DNA of 34,539 nt from Octopus bimaculoides (GCF_001194135.2 NC_069007.1:13739508-13774046); one strand, 5' to 3'; shown: positions 1-11,310, counted from the stretch's first letter. Translations and numbers: made by a program. Notes: a model not told the origin generated them from the letters alone.

Positions 1-52
<52 letters not shown>
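1..52. repeat. (TG)n microsatellite
   Basis: Seen directly. Confidence 0.95.
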
Positions 53-56
<4 letters not shown>

Positions 57-552
57 CATACATACGTATATATACACACACATCTCTACATAGTATACGC
101 AAACATCTATGTCCATTTACACTATATAAACTGGTGTCTAAATAAAAGACACCAGCTTGTTAAATGAACTGGAGAGGTCAACCGAATCTGTTTGCCCGAT
201 TTATTTAACGACAGCGTTGTGTAGGTGTTTATAGGTGGGTGGAAGGAAGGAAGAAAAGCCGCTACAAGATAAGCTTATTAGGTGCAGTTTGATGAAGCAA
301 CTGTCAACTCCACCGCCACCCCCAGAGAAGATCCAGGTTTAACGACATTCCAGTCATTATTCTTCACTTCCTCCTCTGCTAAGAAACAATACGTAACTAG
401 AGACATTCTTTTCATTTTTAAACAAGGCCAAATGAGGAAGTGTGTGGTCATTGTGCTAGATATAGCAGCTAAATCTCCCTTCAAATCACATCCATCTCCA
501 GCTTAAAATGTCAAAGAAGCATGCACCCAACAATAATAGTCCAGGATATTAC

Positions 553-723
553 AGGTGTGGCTAATGGTAAGGAGCTCGTTGCCCAACCACATGGTTCCAG
601 GTTTAGTCCCAATGCGTGGCACCTTGGGCAAGTGTCTTCTACTATAGTCTCAGGCCGACCAAAGCCTTGTGAGTGGATTTGGTAGACAGAAACTGAAAGA
701 AGCCTGTTATGTATATGTGTATG

Positions 724-791
<68 letters not shown>

Positions 792-890
792 GTATATATC
801 TGTGTATGTGTGTCATTGTGCCTGTGTCTGACAACTGGCATTGGTGAGTTTATGTCTCTGTAACTTAGCAATTAGGCAAAACAGATCAAC
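553..890 (+). mobile_element. tRNA-derived SINE, family A, with internal (TA)n
   Basis: caaccacatggttccaggtttagtccc...ggcaccttgggcaagtgtcttctactatag...gaaactgaaagaagcc motif, repeated many times in the window. Confidence 0.85.
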
Positions 891-1023
891 AAAGTGCTAG
901 ACAGAAATGTACGTATGTCGTTGCTATTATGCAAAAGTGTCGTAAGTCCAAAATGTTGCTTTCTTCAGAAAATGAAACAATAGTTTCACCATTCCATAGC
1001 AAAACCTTTGTACTACACTTTGA

Positions 1024-1456
1024 NNNNNNNNNNNNNNNNNNNNNNNNNNNNNNNNNNNNNNNNNNNNNNNNNNNNNNNNNNNNNNNNNNNNNNNNNNNNN
1101 NNNNNNNNNNNNNNNNNNNNNNNNNNNNNNNNNNNNNNNNNNNNNNNNNNNNNNNNNNNNNNNNNNNNNNNNNNNNNNNNNNNNNNNNNNNNNNNNNNNN
1201 NNNNNNNNNNNNNNNNNNNNNNNNNNNNNNNNNNNNNNNNNNNNNNNNNNNNNNNNNNNNNNNNNNNNNNNNNNNNNNNNNNNNNNNNNNNNNNNNNNNN
1301 NNNNNNNNNNNNNNNNNNNNNNNNNNNNNNNNNNNNNNNNNNNNNNNNNNNNNNNNNNNNNNNNNNNNNNNNNNNNNNNNNNNNNNNNNNNNNNNNNNNN
1401 NNNNNNNNNNNNNNNNNNNNNNNNNNNNNNNNNNNNNNNNNNNNNNNNNNNNNNNN
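1024..1456. other. Assembly gap (others at 4901-5560, 7451-7460, 15008-15301, 18353-18641, 27289-27298, 29647-30155)
   Basis: N runs, mostly next to microsatellites. Confidence 0.99.
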
Positions 1457-1458
1457 AG

Positions 1459-1490
<32 letters not shown>

Positions 1491-1491
<1 letters not shown>

Positions 1492-1649
1492 CGACGGGCT
1501 TCTTTCAGTTTCCATCTACCAAATCCACTCCCAAGGCTTTGGTTGGCCCGAAGCTATAGCAGAAGACACTTGCGCAAGGTGCCACACAGTGGGACTGAAC
1601 CTGGAACCATGTAGTTGTTAAGCAAGTTACTTACCACACAGCCACTCCT
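1491..1649 (-). mobile_element. Family A SINE head
   Basis: Reverse complement of the family A head, followed by (TA)n/(CA)n at the gap. Confidence 0.85.
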
Positions 1650-2013
1650 GCGCCTATATATACACACACACACACACACACACAAACATCTACAGGGTGT
1701 CCCAAAAGTCAGTGATGGGTTTGAATTTTTAATAACTTCCTTAACTTTACAAACAAATGCATCCTCAGCGTGTGTTAATCACAAGCTAGAAGAGATGTCT
1801 TCCTGGGTCTATAAACGTCAGTAGCACTGTCCTGTATAGGACACCACACTCGGATCAGTATTTCATTTACTCTGGATCAGTATTTTATTTATTGACCCTG
1901 GAAGAATGAAATGCAAAGTTGAACTTGGTGAAGTTTGAACTGATTAAACAGAGAGCCAGGACTGATATCATGGTCAGCTTATCCAATTATCTAATGACAG
2001 CAAATTTGAAGGA

Positions 2014-2345
2014 CATGTGTGGCTTTAGACCCAATCTCGTTGTGCAGCACTTTGGGCAAGGTCTTCAATTATAGCCCAAGGCCAACCAAAGCCTTCAGTG
2101 CCTTTGGTTGACAGAAACTGAAAGAAGCCTGTCATGCCTATGTTTATCTGAGCATACACACAAACACACACCCATATATAGATACAGGCATGGCTTTATG
2201 ATAAGTTTGCTTCCAAACCACATGGTTCATAGTTCAGTCCCACTACAGGATACTTTTAAAGTCGTGTGAGCAAATTTGGTAGATAGAAAGTGTAAGAGGC
2301 TCACCGTGTGTGTTTTTGTCTCCCACCACCCACTGACAACCTGAA
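2014..2345 (+). mobile_element. Two degenerate family A SINE pieces
   Basis: ttgggcaagg...gaaactgaaagaagcc, then aaaccacatggttcatagttcagtcccact. Confidence 0.65.
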
Positions 2346-4217
2346 ATAGCAGCCAAATTCCTCTAAAACCACACTATCACTTCAAGTGTCCAAGGTACAC
2401 TTAAAAGGTGACTGAATAATCAGTTAACCTGAAGACTACACAGTATCTTGATTTGGTAGAAACAGCAGCTTAACATCCCACAAATCAGATGGTCCTGGCC
2501 AGAATGCTTTTAGTCAGAAGTCAGCTCGATCAACGTTGAGAGGTAATGGGCATGGTTGGAATGCCTTTAAACACATAAGGCTGCATGGGTGTTCTATCAG
2601 AGCTGACCAGGGGCTAAATATGTAAAACAAAATAATTTTCTAAATAATCCTAAAGAAAAAAGTTTTAGCCAAATCCCTACACCCCTCTCATGTAGCTATG
2701 TTAATTGCCAAGAGGAGGCACCAACAATGCCTGGTCCCTGACCCACTCATAATATATAGGATGAAGCAGGGGTGGCGAAAAAGGGCATTTTAATTTACAA
2801 CTAGTGTGCCCCTAAATATAAGTCAAATGAACTGCACTCAGTTCAAAACATTTTGTGCTAGTTTGCCAACCAACTAACCAACCCAACTACCCCTCTCAAG
2901 CTAAAATAGACCCTCCAAGAAAAAGGAAGCGTTTGATTGGTTTGTTGACTGGAGACAGCCAGTCTGATCACAGATATTCAACATCCAAAGCAGAGAGGAG
3001 AAATAAATAGAGAAGACTTCTTTTTTTTTTTTTTAAATCAGTAAACTTGGATGAAAAATGGAGTTCTTTTTATGAATTCATAATATTTATATTAAACTTT
3101 TCAAACCTTTTTCTGTTCCCACATGTTAAAGAAATGAGAAAGAGAGAGTGTGGGGGGGGGGAGAAGGGAAGGAGAGAGTTGGAAGGAGGGATGGAGGGAG
3201 GAGGGAGAGAGACTCACTCAGAGTGAGATACACACAGACACACGGTGGGGAGGGAGTTTGAACATGAGAGTTGGGATAGTGTTTTACAGCCAAATAACCT
3301 GCCTTTTACCAACAACGAAAATTATGAGCCAACCGACAAATCCAACTTGTGACTCAGCTATGGTAAAAGTTGTTGCAGGGAGGAAGTTGACCGAGTCAAA
3401 AGAGTGTTAATTTCTAGGTTTTTATTTATTATTACGTCAGCAACACCAATAATAGAAACAGAGTAATAAAAAGCTTGCTTGCTATGCCAGGGAAACATTT
3501 ATAAATGTGATTTGCCTCTGGCAAATGAAAAGACACCCAGAAACATAAATCTAAGCATGCAGCCTGTCAAATGTGACTGTTGGAGTACAGCAGAGTGAAA
3601 TGTCACCTTTCAATGAGTAAATTAACATCCTAGTGCTGCAGCAAGGGCTGTATAGCGACTATTTCATACGTTTGACACAGTCCAATGCATAGGAATAAAC
3701 CATAAATAAGCTTTCTCTGATGTAATAGAAGCCGTGTCACCCAGGAGAGAGAATATACGAAATAAATCATATTTATCTGCTAAATCAGTCATTGAGTGGT
3801 GCAGTGAAAAACCTGCTGAGCCCAGAACACACAGTTCCAAAGACTGCAACTATTCTGTGAAGAAAGGGATACTGTTACATATATAGCTACTAAGTGTATT
3901 AAGCAATAGGAATTTAAACAGGATTAAGGGGTCACCAACTGACTGGGGTACACTGAAACTTAACAAGGTGAGTAGAGGTCACTGGGTATACAGGATTAAC
4001 AGCAGCAGTAGCAATAGTAGTAGTAGTAGTAGTAATAATGACTTCAACTGGTGGTGCTCCAGCATGGCAACAGCCTTAGGGGTGAAATATATGAAGGAAT
4101 TAGTAATAGTAGTAACATCATTAGCAGGCAAATGCCTTTACATCAAACTGTTCCTAGTCACACACAGACACACAAAAAAAGAAAGAAAAAAAGGAAAAAA
4201 GAGAAGACCCTTGGTTA

Positions 4218-4543
4218 GGGATGGCTGTGTGCTAAGTAGCTTGCTTCCCAACCATATGGTTCTGGGTTCAGCCCCACTGCATGGCACCTTGGGCAAGTGT
4301 CTGCTGCTATAGCCTCAGGCCAATCAAGGCATTGAGGGGATTTGGTAAATGGAAACCGAAAGAAGCCTGCTGTGTGTGTATGTGTACCCTAGTACTGCTT
4401 GACAATCAGTGCTGGTGTGTTTATGTCCCCATAACTTAGTGGTTTGGAAAAAAGACCAACAGAATAGTACCAGGCTTAAAAAAAAAATATTGGGGTCAAT
4501 TCATTTGGCTGAAAATTCTTCAAGGCAGTGGCCCTAGGATGGC
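4218..4543 (+). mobile_element. Family A SINE, lacking its extreme 3' end
   Basis: Full head, (TG)n linker and body colinear with 32957-33223; stops at ggatggc where the opposite-strand SINE fragment begins. Confidence 0.85.
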
Positions 4544-4547
4544 TTAA

Positions 4548-4578
4548 CCCGTGCTCTTAACCACTACGCCATATGCCC
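4548..4578 (-). mobile_element. Short tRNA-SINE head fragment interrupting the ERM-like exon
   Basis: GGGCATATGGCGTAGTGGTTAAGAGCACGGG with a pol III A box (TGGCGTAGTGG); no B box follows. Confidence 0.65.
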
Positions 4579-4686
4579 GTCACCATATTTAGCCTGGAGA
4601 GCATAGGAACTAAGAACTGAAGTTTCTGGCAGACAATAAACTTCATCAGAAAGAATACTACGTTTCACTTGAAGGAAGAACATTCT
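4579..4686 (-). pseudogene. ERM: Degenerate, truncated copy of the next ERM exon: [36 protein letters not shown], then SINE sequence and a stop
   Basis: Acceptor atttattcag in the expected phase 0. Conserved YCPPE reads YCLPE and VLLASY reads VLSSY (one codon short). After YGD the sequence switches to a tRNA-SINE head with TAG 5 codons later. No good donor. Confidence 0.7.
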
Positions 4687-5599
4687 CTGAATAAATTTTC
4701 CAATAAAATCAAATAATAATCAAAGCTTCCTTATATCTTATCTGAAAAACAACAAAGGATGTTGGGCAAGAGTGTCTTTCCTTGCAGTTCTAGACATTCT
4801 AGAGAGACTAAGGAACTAAAACAACATGTTATTTTGGTGAAGAATTTACACAAACTGCCATGAACAGGAAATGGTTGAAGAAAAGCAGCAGGAGGAAAGA
4901 NNNNNNNNNNNNNNNNNNNNNNNNNNNNNNNNNNNNNNNNNNNNNNNNNNNNNNNNNNNNNNNNNNNNNNNNNNNNNNNNNNNNNNNNNNNNNNNNNNNN
5001 NNNNNNNNNNNNNNNNNNNNNNNNNNNNNNNNNNNNNNNNNNNNNNNNNNNNNNNNNNNNNNNNNNNNNNNNNNNNNNNNNNNNNNNNNNNNNNNNNNNN
5101 NNNNNNNNNNNNNNNNNNNNNNNNNNNNNNNNNNNNNNNNNNNNNNNNNNNNNNNNNNNNNNNNNNNNNNNNNNNNNNNNNNNNNNNNNNNNNNNNNNNN
5201 NNNNNNNNNNNNNNNNNNNNNNNNNNNNNNNNNNNNNNNNNNNNNNNNNNNNNNNNNNNNNNNNNNNNNNNNNNNNNNNNNNNNNNNNNNNNNNNNNNNN
5301 NNNNNNNNNNNNNNNNNNNNNNNNNNNNNNNNNNNNNNNNNNNNNNNNNNNNNNNNNNNNNNNNNNNNNNNNNNNNNNNNNNNNNNNNNNNNNNNNNNNN
5401 NNNNNNNNNNNNNNNNNNNNNNNNNNNNNNNNNNNNNNNNNNNNNNNNNNNNNNNNNNNNNNNNNNNNNNNNNNNNNNNNNNNNNNNNNNNNNNNNNNNN
5501 NNNNNNNNNNNNNNNNNNNNNNNNNNNNNNNNNNNNNNNNNNNNNNNNNNNNNNNNNNNNGTGTGAGTGAGTGTGTGTGTGTGTGTGTGTGTGTATTGG

Positions 5600-5927
5600 A
5601 CCCCACTCAGTCATGAATGACCATAGGTTTACACCTAGAAAATTACCCTCTGAGCACAAATCCGGGCAAGGCTGTTTATGGAAGACCAGCAGTCGCCCAT
5701 GCATACCAGCCTCCCTTGTCCATGCCGTGGATGTTATCCAAGGCAAAGGCAAAGGAGCCAATACAGCTTGGCACCAATGACATTGCAACTCATTTCTACA
5801 GCTGAATGAACTGGAGCAATGTGAAATAAAGTGTCTCGCTCAAAAACACAACAGACAGCCCAGTCCAGGAATTGAACTCACTACTTTATCATTGTGAGGC
5901 TGATGCTCTAACCACTGAGCCTTCACA
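5600..5927 (-). mobile_element. tRNA-derived SINE, family B (same as 9800-10134)
   Basis: Reverse-complement copy of the 9800 element across its whole length; A-box ggctcagtgg and B-box-like gagttcaattcc. Confidence 0.85.
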
Positions 5928-5932
5928 AAAGA

Positions 5933-6040
5933 TGTTTATCGCACCTAGGTTTCCCAAGCAGTCACCGATCTAAGTACTAACAAGGCTCCACATTGCTTAA
6001 CTGGTGATCGGACGAGAACTGATGTTTTTAATGTGATGTC
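5933..6040 (-). pseudogene. 5S rRNA-derived pseudogene
   Basis: Reverse complement reads catcacattaaaaacatcagttctcgtccgatcaccagttaagcaatgtggagccttgttagtacttagatcggtgactgcttgggaaacctaggtgcgataaac, then catctttt. This is colinear with animal 5S rRNA, but with a small deletion before box A and a mutated box C (TAGATCGGTG). Confidence 0.85.
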
Positions 6041-6339
6041 TCACACACACACACCCACCCACCCAGCATTAGTCCACATGAACTTGAAGCTTCTGTCACA
6101 GACAGATCAGCATGGGGGTCTCTCATGACACGGGCAGCAGCTGTTTCCGAAGAGGACCACCAATGGCGTCTTACTGCTTCAAGAAACAGGGATCACAGTA
6201 CACTGCTTCCCTCAATCCAGAGACTGCCGCTGCGACACCCGTGGGCGTCCGTGTTCCTCCAGCTCTGGATTGCGGAGTCAAGTGTGCTCTTATCACTGAG
6301 AACACAGACTGTCATTGTCGGACACCAATGGACAACAAA

Positions 6340-6706
6340 CATACAATCACTATTTTTCCATGTTTGTATCAGTTGGAAGGAGTTTATTGTGGTAGATTTT
6401 CTATGGTTGGACACCCTTCATGTCGTCAACCCTCAATCATTACCAAGTAATGGTAATATTTCCCCAAGGCCAGACATGTTTTTGCAGAATATTGGAAATG
6501 AACAACACTGCTTGTATAACAGTGACTCATTTACAACAAACACACACACACACTGGACATCTTTCAGTTTCCAATCACCAAATCCATTCACAAGCCTTTA
6601 ATTGACTTACGGCTATAGTACAAGACACTTGCTCAGGTTGCAGCACAGCAGATTGAACCCAAAACCAAGTGGTTGAGAAACAAAATTCTTAACCACACAG
6701 CCATAG
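6340..6706 (-). mobile_element. Long family A SINE variant with an RTE-like 3' tail
   Basis: Family A head + (CA)n + shared ~200-nt body; same architecture at 8005-8395 and 22222-22592. Confidence 0.75.
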
Positions 6707-6744
6707 ACGTGCGCGTGTGCGTGTGTGTGTGTGTACACATATAT

Positions 6745-7140
6745 ATCATCATCATTTAACGTCTGTTTTCCATTCTGGCATGGATTGGATGGTTTGACTG
6801 AAAACTGGTAAGCTGCACCAGGTCTCAATCTAATTTGGTATGGTTCCTACAGCTGGATTCCCTTCCTAATGCCAACCTCTCCAAGAGAATAATGGGTGCT
6901 TTCTACCTGCCACCAGACTGGGTGCTGGTTACAGAACACTAGCATTGGCCACAACTATGGTCTCACTTGGCTTCACAAGTCTTCTCAAACACAGTATATT
7001 GCCAAAGGTCTTGGTCACTGCCTCCATGAAGTTCAATCGGTGCTTTTTACATGTCATCAACATGGGTGCAGGTACACAACACAGGCATTGGCCACGATTC
7101 CAATTTCACTTGGCTTGACGGGTCTTCAAGGACAGCATAT
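6745..7140 (-). mobile_element. RTE LINE 3' end, with partial internal duplication
   Basis: catcatcatttaacgtctgttttccattctggcatgg... colinear with 20695-21000; the ggtgct..acacaac/agaacac..gcattggccac block occurs twice. Confidence 0.7.
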
Positions 7141-7395
7141 TACCCAACATTCGAAGGGTGCTTTTTACGTGCCAAAAGTCTCATACACACACAGCAACTC
7201 GTTTACGTTAAGAGGATTGCCTTGATCCCCCCACCATTCAAGGGTGGGGGTACCTGATATATTGGGAACTATTATAGCTACATTCAGTCAAACTACTTCA
7301 TAAGGCACAAGTATTTTGGGGGGTTTCCCCACTCCTTCTCTAAAACCCCATTGATTTTCAAGTTTTGACAAATAAGGCCCAAAGACAAACCAATA

Positions 7396-7396
7396 C

Positions 7397-7450
<54 letters not shown>

Positions 7451-7471
7451 NNNNNNNNNNGAGAGAGAGAA

Positions 7472-7521
<50 letters not shown>

Positions 7522-7530
7522 TGAGAGAGA
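7396..7530. repeat. (TG)n(GA)n microsatellite with a 10-N gap
   Basis: Seen directly. Confidence 0.95.
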
Positions 7531-7864
7531 AAGAGAATATAACCTCATGCATTCACAATCTGTAACTACTAATTGTCAAGAGGAAAAGACCTGCCCATGT
7601 TTACAAGCAACGAGATAATTAATTAGATGACCGTGCCTATAATTACTACCTGCAAATCAAACACCATCTCATAGTTAGTAGTTACTAATTACCGAAAAGA
7701 AAATATAAAGAAGAAACATTAAAAAAACCCCAAACAACCATCCCACCCTATTTCTAGTCATTAATCTTCTCTGATTGTAGCCCTTGGAAGGAGTGACGAG
7801 AACAGGTCGTCATGTAAGCAAAAATAAATTAAAATAAAAACAAAAAAAATTACAAAAACAACAA

Positions 7865-7990
7865 AAGTCATAGCTGTGTTGTTTAAGACAGTCATTTTAC
7901 AAGCACTTTCAATGGTTCTTGGTTCAGTCACACCGTGTGGTACCTTAGGCCAAGTGTCTGCTATGGCATCAGGGTCGACAAATGCCTCAT
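7865..7990 (+). mobile_element. Degenerate family A head
   Basis: atggttcttggttcagtcacaccgtgtggtaccttaggccaagtgtc. Confidence 0.6.
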
Positions 7991-8004
7991 CAGTGGAATT
8001 ACAC

Positions 8005-8395
8005 CAACACCGTTTTAACGTTTGCTTTCCTATGCCCTCATGAACTGGACAGAGTCTGTTGAAGCAGATTTTCTACGGCCGGATGCCCTTCTTGTTGTCA
8101 ACCATCATGTGTTTCCAAGTAAGGTAATATTTCCCACATGGCCAAACATGTCTTCGATGACTGGAAATGAAGAACACTGCTTGTATAACAGGGACACTTG
8201 TTTACAACTATAACATGATGTCATGGTTAAGAGACAGTAATACACATGCACAAACAGTTTCCATCCATTAAGTCCATTAACAAGGCTTTGCTTGGACCAA
8301 GGATATAGTAGGTGACACCAAATGTGCCAAACTGTGGGACTGAACTCAGAACCAAATGGTTGGGAAGCAAACTTCTTAACCACACAGCCACACCT
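8005..8395 (-). mobile_element. Long family A SINE variant with an RTE-like 3' tail
   Basis: cagattttctacggccggatgcccttc...ccaagtaaggtaatatttccc...cactgcttgtataacag body followed by the reverse family A head. Confidence 0.75.
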
Positions 8396-8922
8396 GCACC
8401 TCAAAGATGGAAACTGTGCAGAAGCTGTGAATGTCTTATCTTTTACTTAATTTAGTCATTGTACTAAACCCATACCGGAGCATGTCTTGTTTTTATGTTG
8501 TAGCATTAAAAAAACCCAGCAACTTAGCAGTCAGTTCAACAAAAAGAAATCCATGATATAAGAAACAGACTGAAGTGAAATAAGTATTCTGGGGTCAACA
8601 TGATTGGCTAAAAACCTCCCCCTCAATGGCGATGCCCCAGCATGGCCACAGTCTAATGACAAACCAGTAAAACAGAACATACTAGAATATAGGTTAGCTA
8701 TGAATTGTGTTATTTCATCTGGCAAATATGAAATTGAGATGGGGCATCTTGCTCTGTCAGACATCAGGACAATGCCTTACCTTGCTAGCTCTATGAATGT
8801 CAATTTTCAAATGAATTTAGAAGAGGAAAACAATCCGTCCTCTGGGTTTGATCATGATCCGTTCAGCAGTTTTGAAACCTGCCTCAAGAATGGTAAACTC
8901 TGAGAATATTCACAAAACTTAC

Positions 8923-9027
8923 CAGAGTAACTTCTTGTATCAACTCTTCGGCCACGTCTTCAGGGAAAAATTTGGCTCTGAATTGGAAATCGAGAGGGGT
9001 TTCTTTCTTGACATCCTGGCTAGTCAC
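8923..9027 (-). CDS. ERM: ERM exon: [35 protein letters not shown]
   Basis: 105 nt, ttttacag acceptor and gtaagt donor, phase 0/0. Contains the FERM [16 protein letters not shown] motif. Confidence 0.96.
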
Positions 9028-9389
9028 CTGTAAAAGAGCATTTTAATAAAATATTAAATTAAGATTATCAATACACACAGAGATTTACACAAGAACCATG
9101 AATATAAGATGTCGAACATTTAACTTGCAGTTAGCACAACACAATCATCTGAACAGATGTTGCAACAAACCACACCTCAATGTGTTCCATTCTCGTTCAT
9201 GTTTCTTCTACACCAAAATGGAATTTCCCATTGTCAACCACACTACAACAATGTACTGTGGTGTGTTTTTAAAAGAATCTGACGGGACAGGGACAGATTC
9301 GGTAATAAAGAACAATTATTTTAAAGATGAACTGTGAAATAGCCTTTACATAAGACAAAAGGCTAAAAACAGCAGCCAAAAATCCTTTA

Positions 9390-10180
9390 AACCTTTTACC
9401 ATACAATATTCAATCAGGCCATACCCAGCCCAAATATTCTACCTTGTTTTACATTAAAACTGACCTGATCTGGTCTCAGACCTGCACTACAATGTCATTC
9501 TAAAAATATACAATTACACCAGTGAAACCTCGAAGCTGCAAGATAATGATCGATTAATTCAAAACAATGTGAACAAATAATTCATTTAACAAAGAATGCT
9601 AAAGTGTTAAACAGGCCATACGTGGCCCAAATACTCAACCAGTTTTATGTTCAAACTGGCCAGATCCAGCATCTCTCACCTAACCTACTATGTCATTGTA
9701 AAAATAAAGAATCACATAAAATCCCGAAGCTACAAGATGATGCATGATTATAAAAAAAAAAGAAAGAAAATGTGAATAAATAAGCATTACATTCAACAGT
9801 GAAGGTGCATGGCTCAGTGGTTAGAGCGTCAAGCTTACGATCATGAATTTGTGAGTTCGAATCCCGGACCGGGCTGCGTGTTGTGTTCTTGAGCAAGACA
9901 CTTTATTTCATGTTGCTCCAGTTCACTCAGCTGTAGAAATGAGTTGTGACATCACAGGTGCCAAGCTGTATCAGCCTTTGCCTTTCCCTTGGATAACATC
10001 GCTGGTTAAGAGAGGTAAGGTTGGTATGCATGGGCGACTGCTGGTCTTCCATAAACAATCTTGCCCAGACTTGTGCTTGGGAGGGTAACTTTCTAGGTGC
10101 AATCCCATGGTCAGTCATGACCAAAGGGGGTCTCAGCACTCAGCACATTCAACAGAGTAATTTGAATGCTAAAGGGTCTC
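9390..10180. mobile_element. Two tandem P1 MITEs, the second split by a family B SINE
   Basis: Both copies carry ggccata..gcccaaatat.c.acc.gttttatgttcaaactg and end aatgctaaag(g/t)g. Confidence 0.75.
9800..10134 (+). mobile_element. tRNA-derived SINE, family B, well preserved, inserted inside a piggyBac-type MITE
   Basis: A box tggctcagtgg 9810-9820, B box gttcgaatcc 9855-9864, 11-bp TSD acattcaacag at 9789-9799 and 10145-10155. Confidence 0.9.
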
Positions 10181-11310
10181 AGGCTTTAATATGAAAAAAT
10201 GGTGGATTATGTAGAATACGAAAACAGATCTGTAGAAAGAGAGTTTATGTTAAAAAATGAGCCATGTAACTCCCTATATTATAGCATGACGTATCTGTAA
10301 GTCAACAGCAAAAACCTACTTTGACAAATCCCCACCACCACCAAATTAAGAGGGTAACTTTTCCGCAAGTATATACAGCATATCTAAAAATAAAATGAGA
10401 TAGTTATAGGTGGAAAAGCTTTGTCCAAAGGTCGGCTTGATAAGCAGCTGGGTTAATTGAGATGAAGATGACAGTAAGATCAGATCTAAGTAAAGACTAT
10501 CAACTGCTAGTCCAGAATTAATATTTGGGTAACCAATAGTTGGTTTGTTTTTTGTGTGTGTTGTGGTCATTAAGAAATGCGGTTATGAAGTCAGTAATAT
10601 TTATGACCGTTGAAAGAGCACATTGTTAATTTTGTACCCAGTCAATGCTGTAATTAGCCCTTGACAATAAGAGGCAAAAAAACAAAACAAAGCATTACTG
10701 TTATATGCAAATGTGTGTCATGCACAGGAAGAAATACACACTTTAACGACACTGAGTGATGTCACCATCATGTTTAGCAAGATGGGGGGAGGGGAGAGGG
10801 GGGGAAGAAGAGAGAGAGAGAGAGAAACTTCATAAAGTCAGGCATTTTCTTTAATACTTGTTACAAAGATGAAATAATATATTCACAAATTTTTTTTTTT
10901 TTATTATTATATATCTTGACATGTATAATTGTTTTTTTTATTTTTTCTCCTCCACCCTAACCACTACCTCCTTGCTCCATTTTTATCCCATCAATAAATC
11001 CTATTTTGAATCAATTGTATAAAATTAAAAACCTAGTCTGAGTAATTTATGAAACAATGAAGGACATATGCAGTCGCTTGGCTTGCTAGAGGTAGCTAAA
11101 CTACCCTCAAATCGCACCCCAACTGTCTTAAATGTTTCTCATATTGCCACCTGCCCTCTTAAACCTTCAAATGCCCTCACCCCCATCTCAACACTCCACC
11201 AACGCCCTCAAGTCATACACACTATTTTGAACCTCCTTTAAATCATACCCCTCACCTTATCAAGCTTCACTCGAGACACCACCCCACTCACAACTACAAA
11301 CCTTGCTTAA

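Noticed and set aside
278-506. Overlapping ORFs on both strands with weak splice-like signals (AEEEVKNNDW..., ...PPPPPEK)
   Set aside because: No similarity to the expected ERM continuation or to any protein I recognise; short and partly overlapping a dispersed repeat.
3148-3210. G-rich purine tract (possible G-quadruplex); similar tracts at 10795 and 25605
   Set aside because: Low-complexity (GA/GGA)n sequence that is common throughout this DNA; nothing specific.
7225-7250. 8-bp GC hairpin cccccacc-attcaag-ggtggggg as a possible Helitron 3' end
   Set aside because: No CTRR terminus follows and no matching 5' TC end was identified.
8781-8800. Minus-strand AAG|gtaagg donor about 140 nt downstream of the ERM exon
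   Set aside because: No convincing acceptor or ERM-like peptide upstream; extending the 8923 exon to it meets non-homologous sequence.
9800-9875. tRNA-like A/B boxes here and at 13353, 27172 and 12322
   Set aside because: These are SINE heads continuing into repeat bodies; no complete cloverleaf, so not called tRNA genes.
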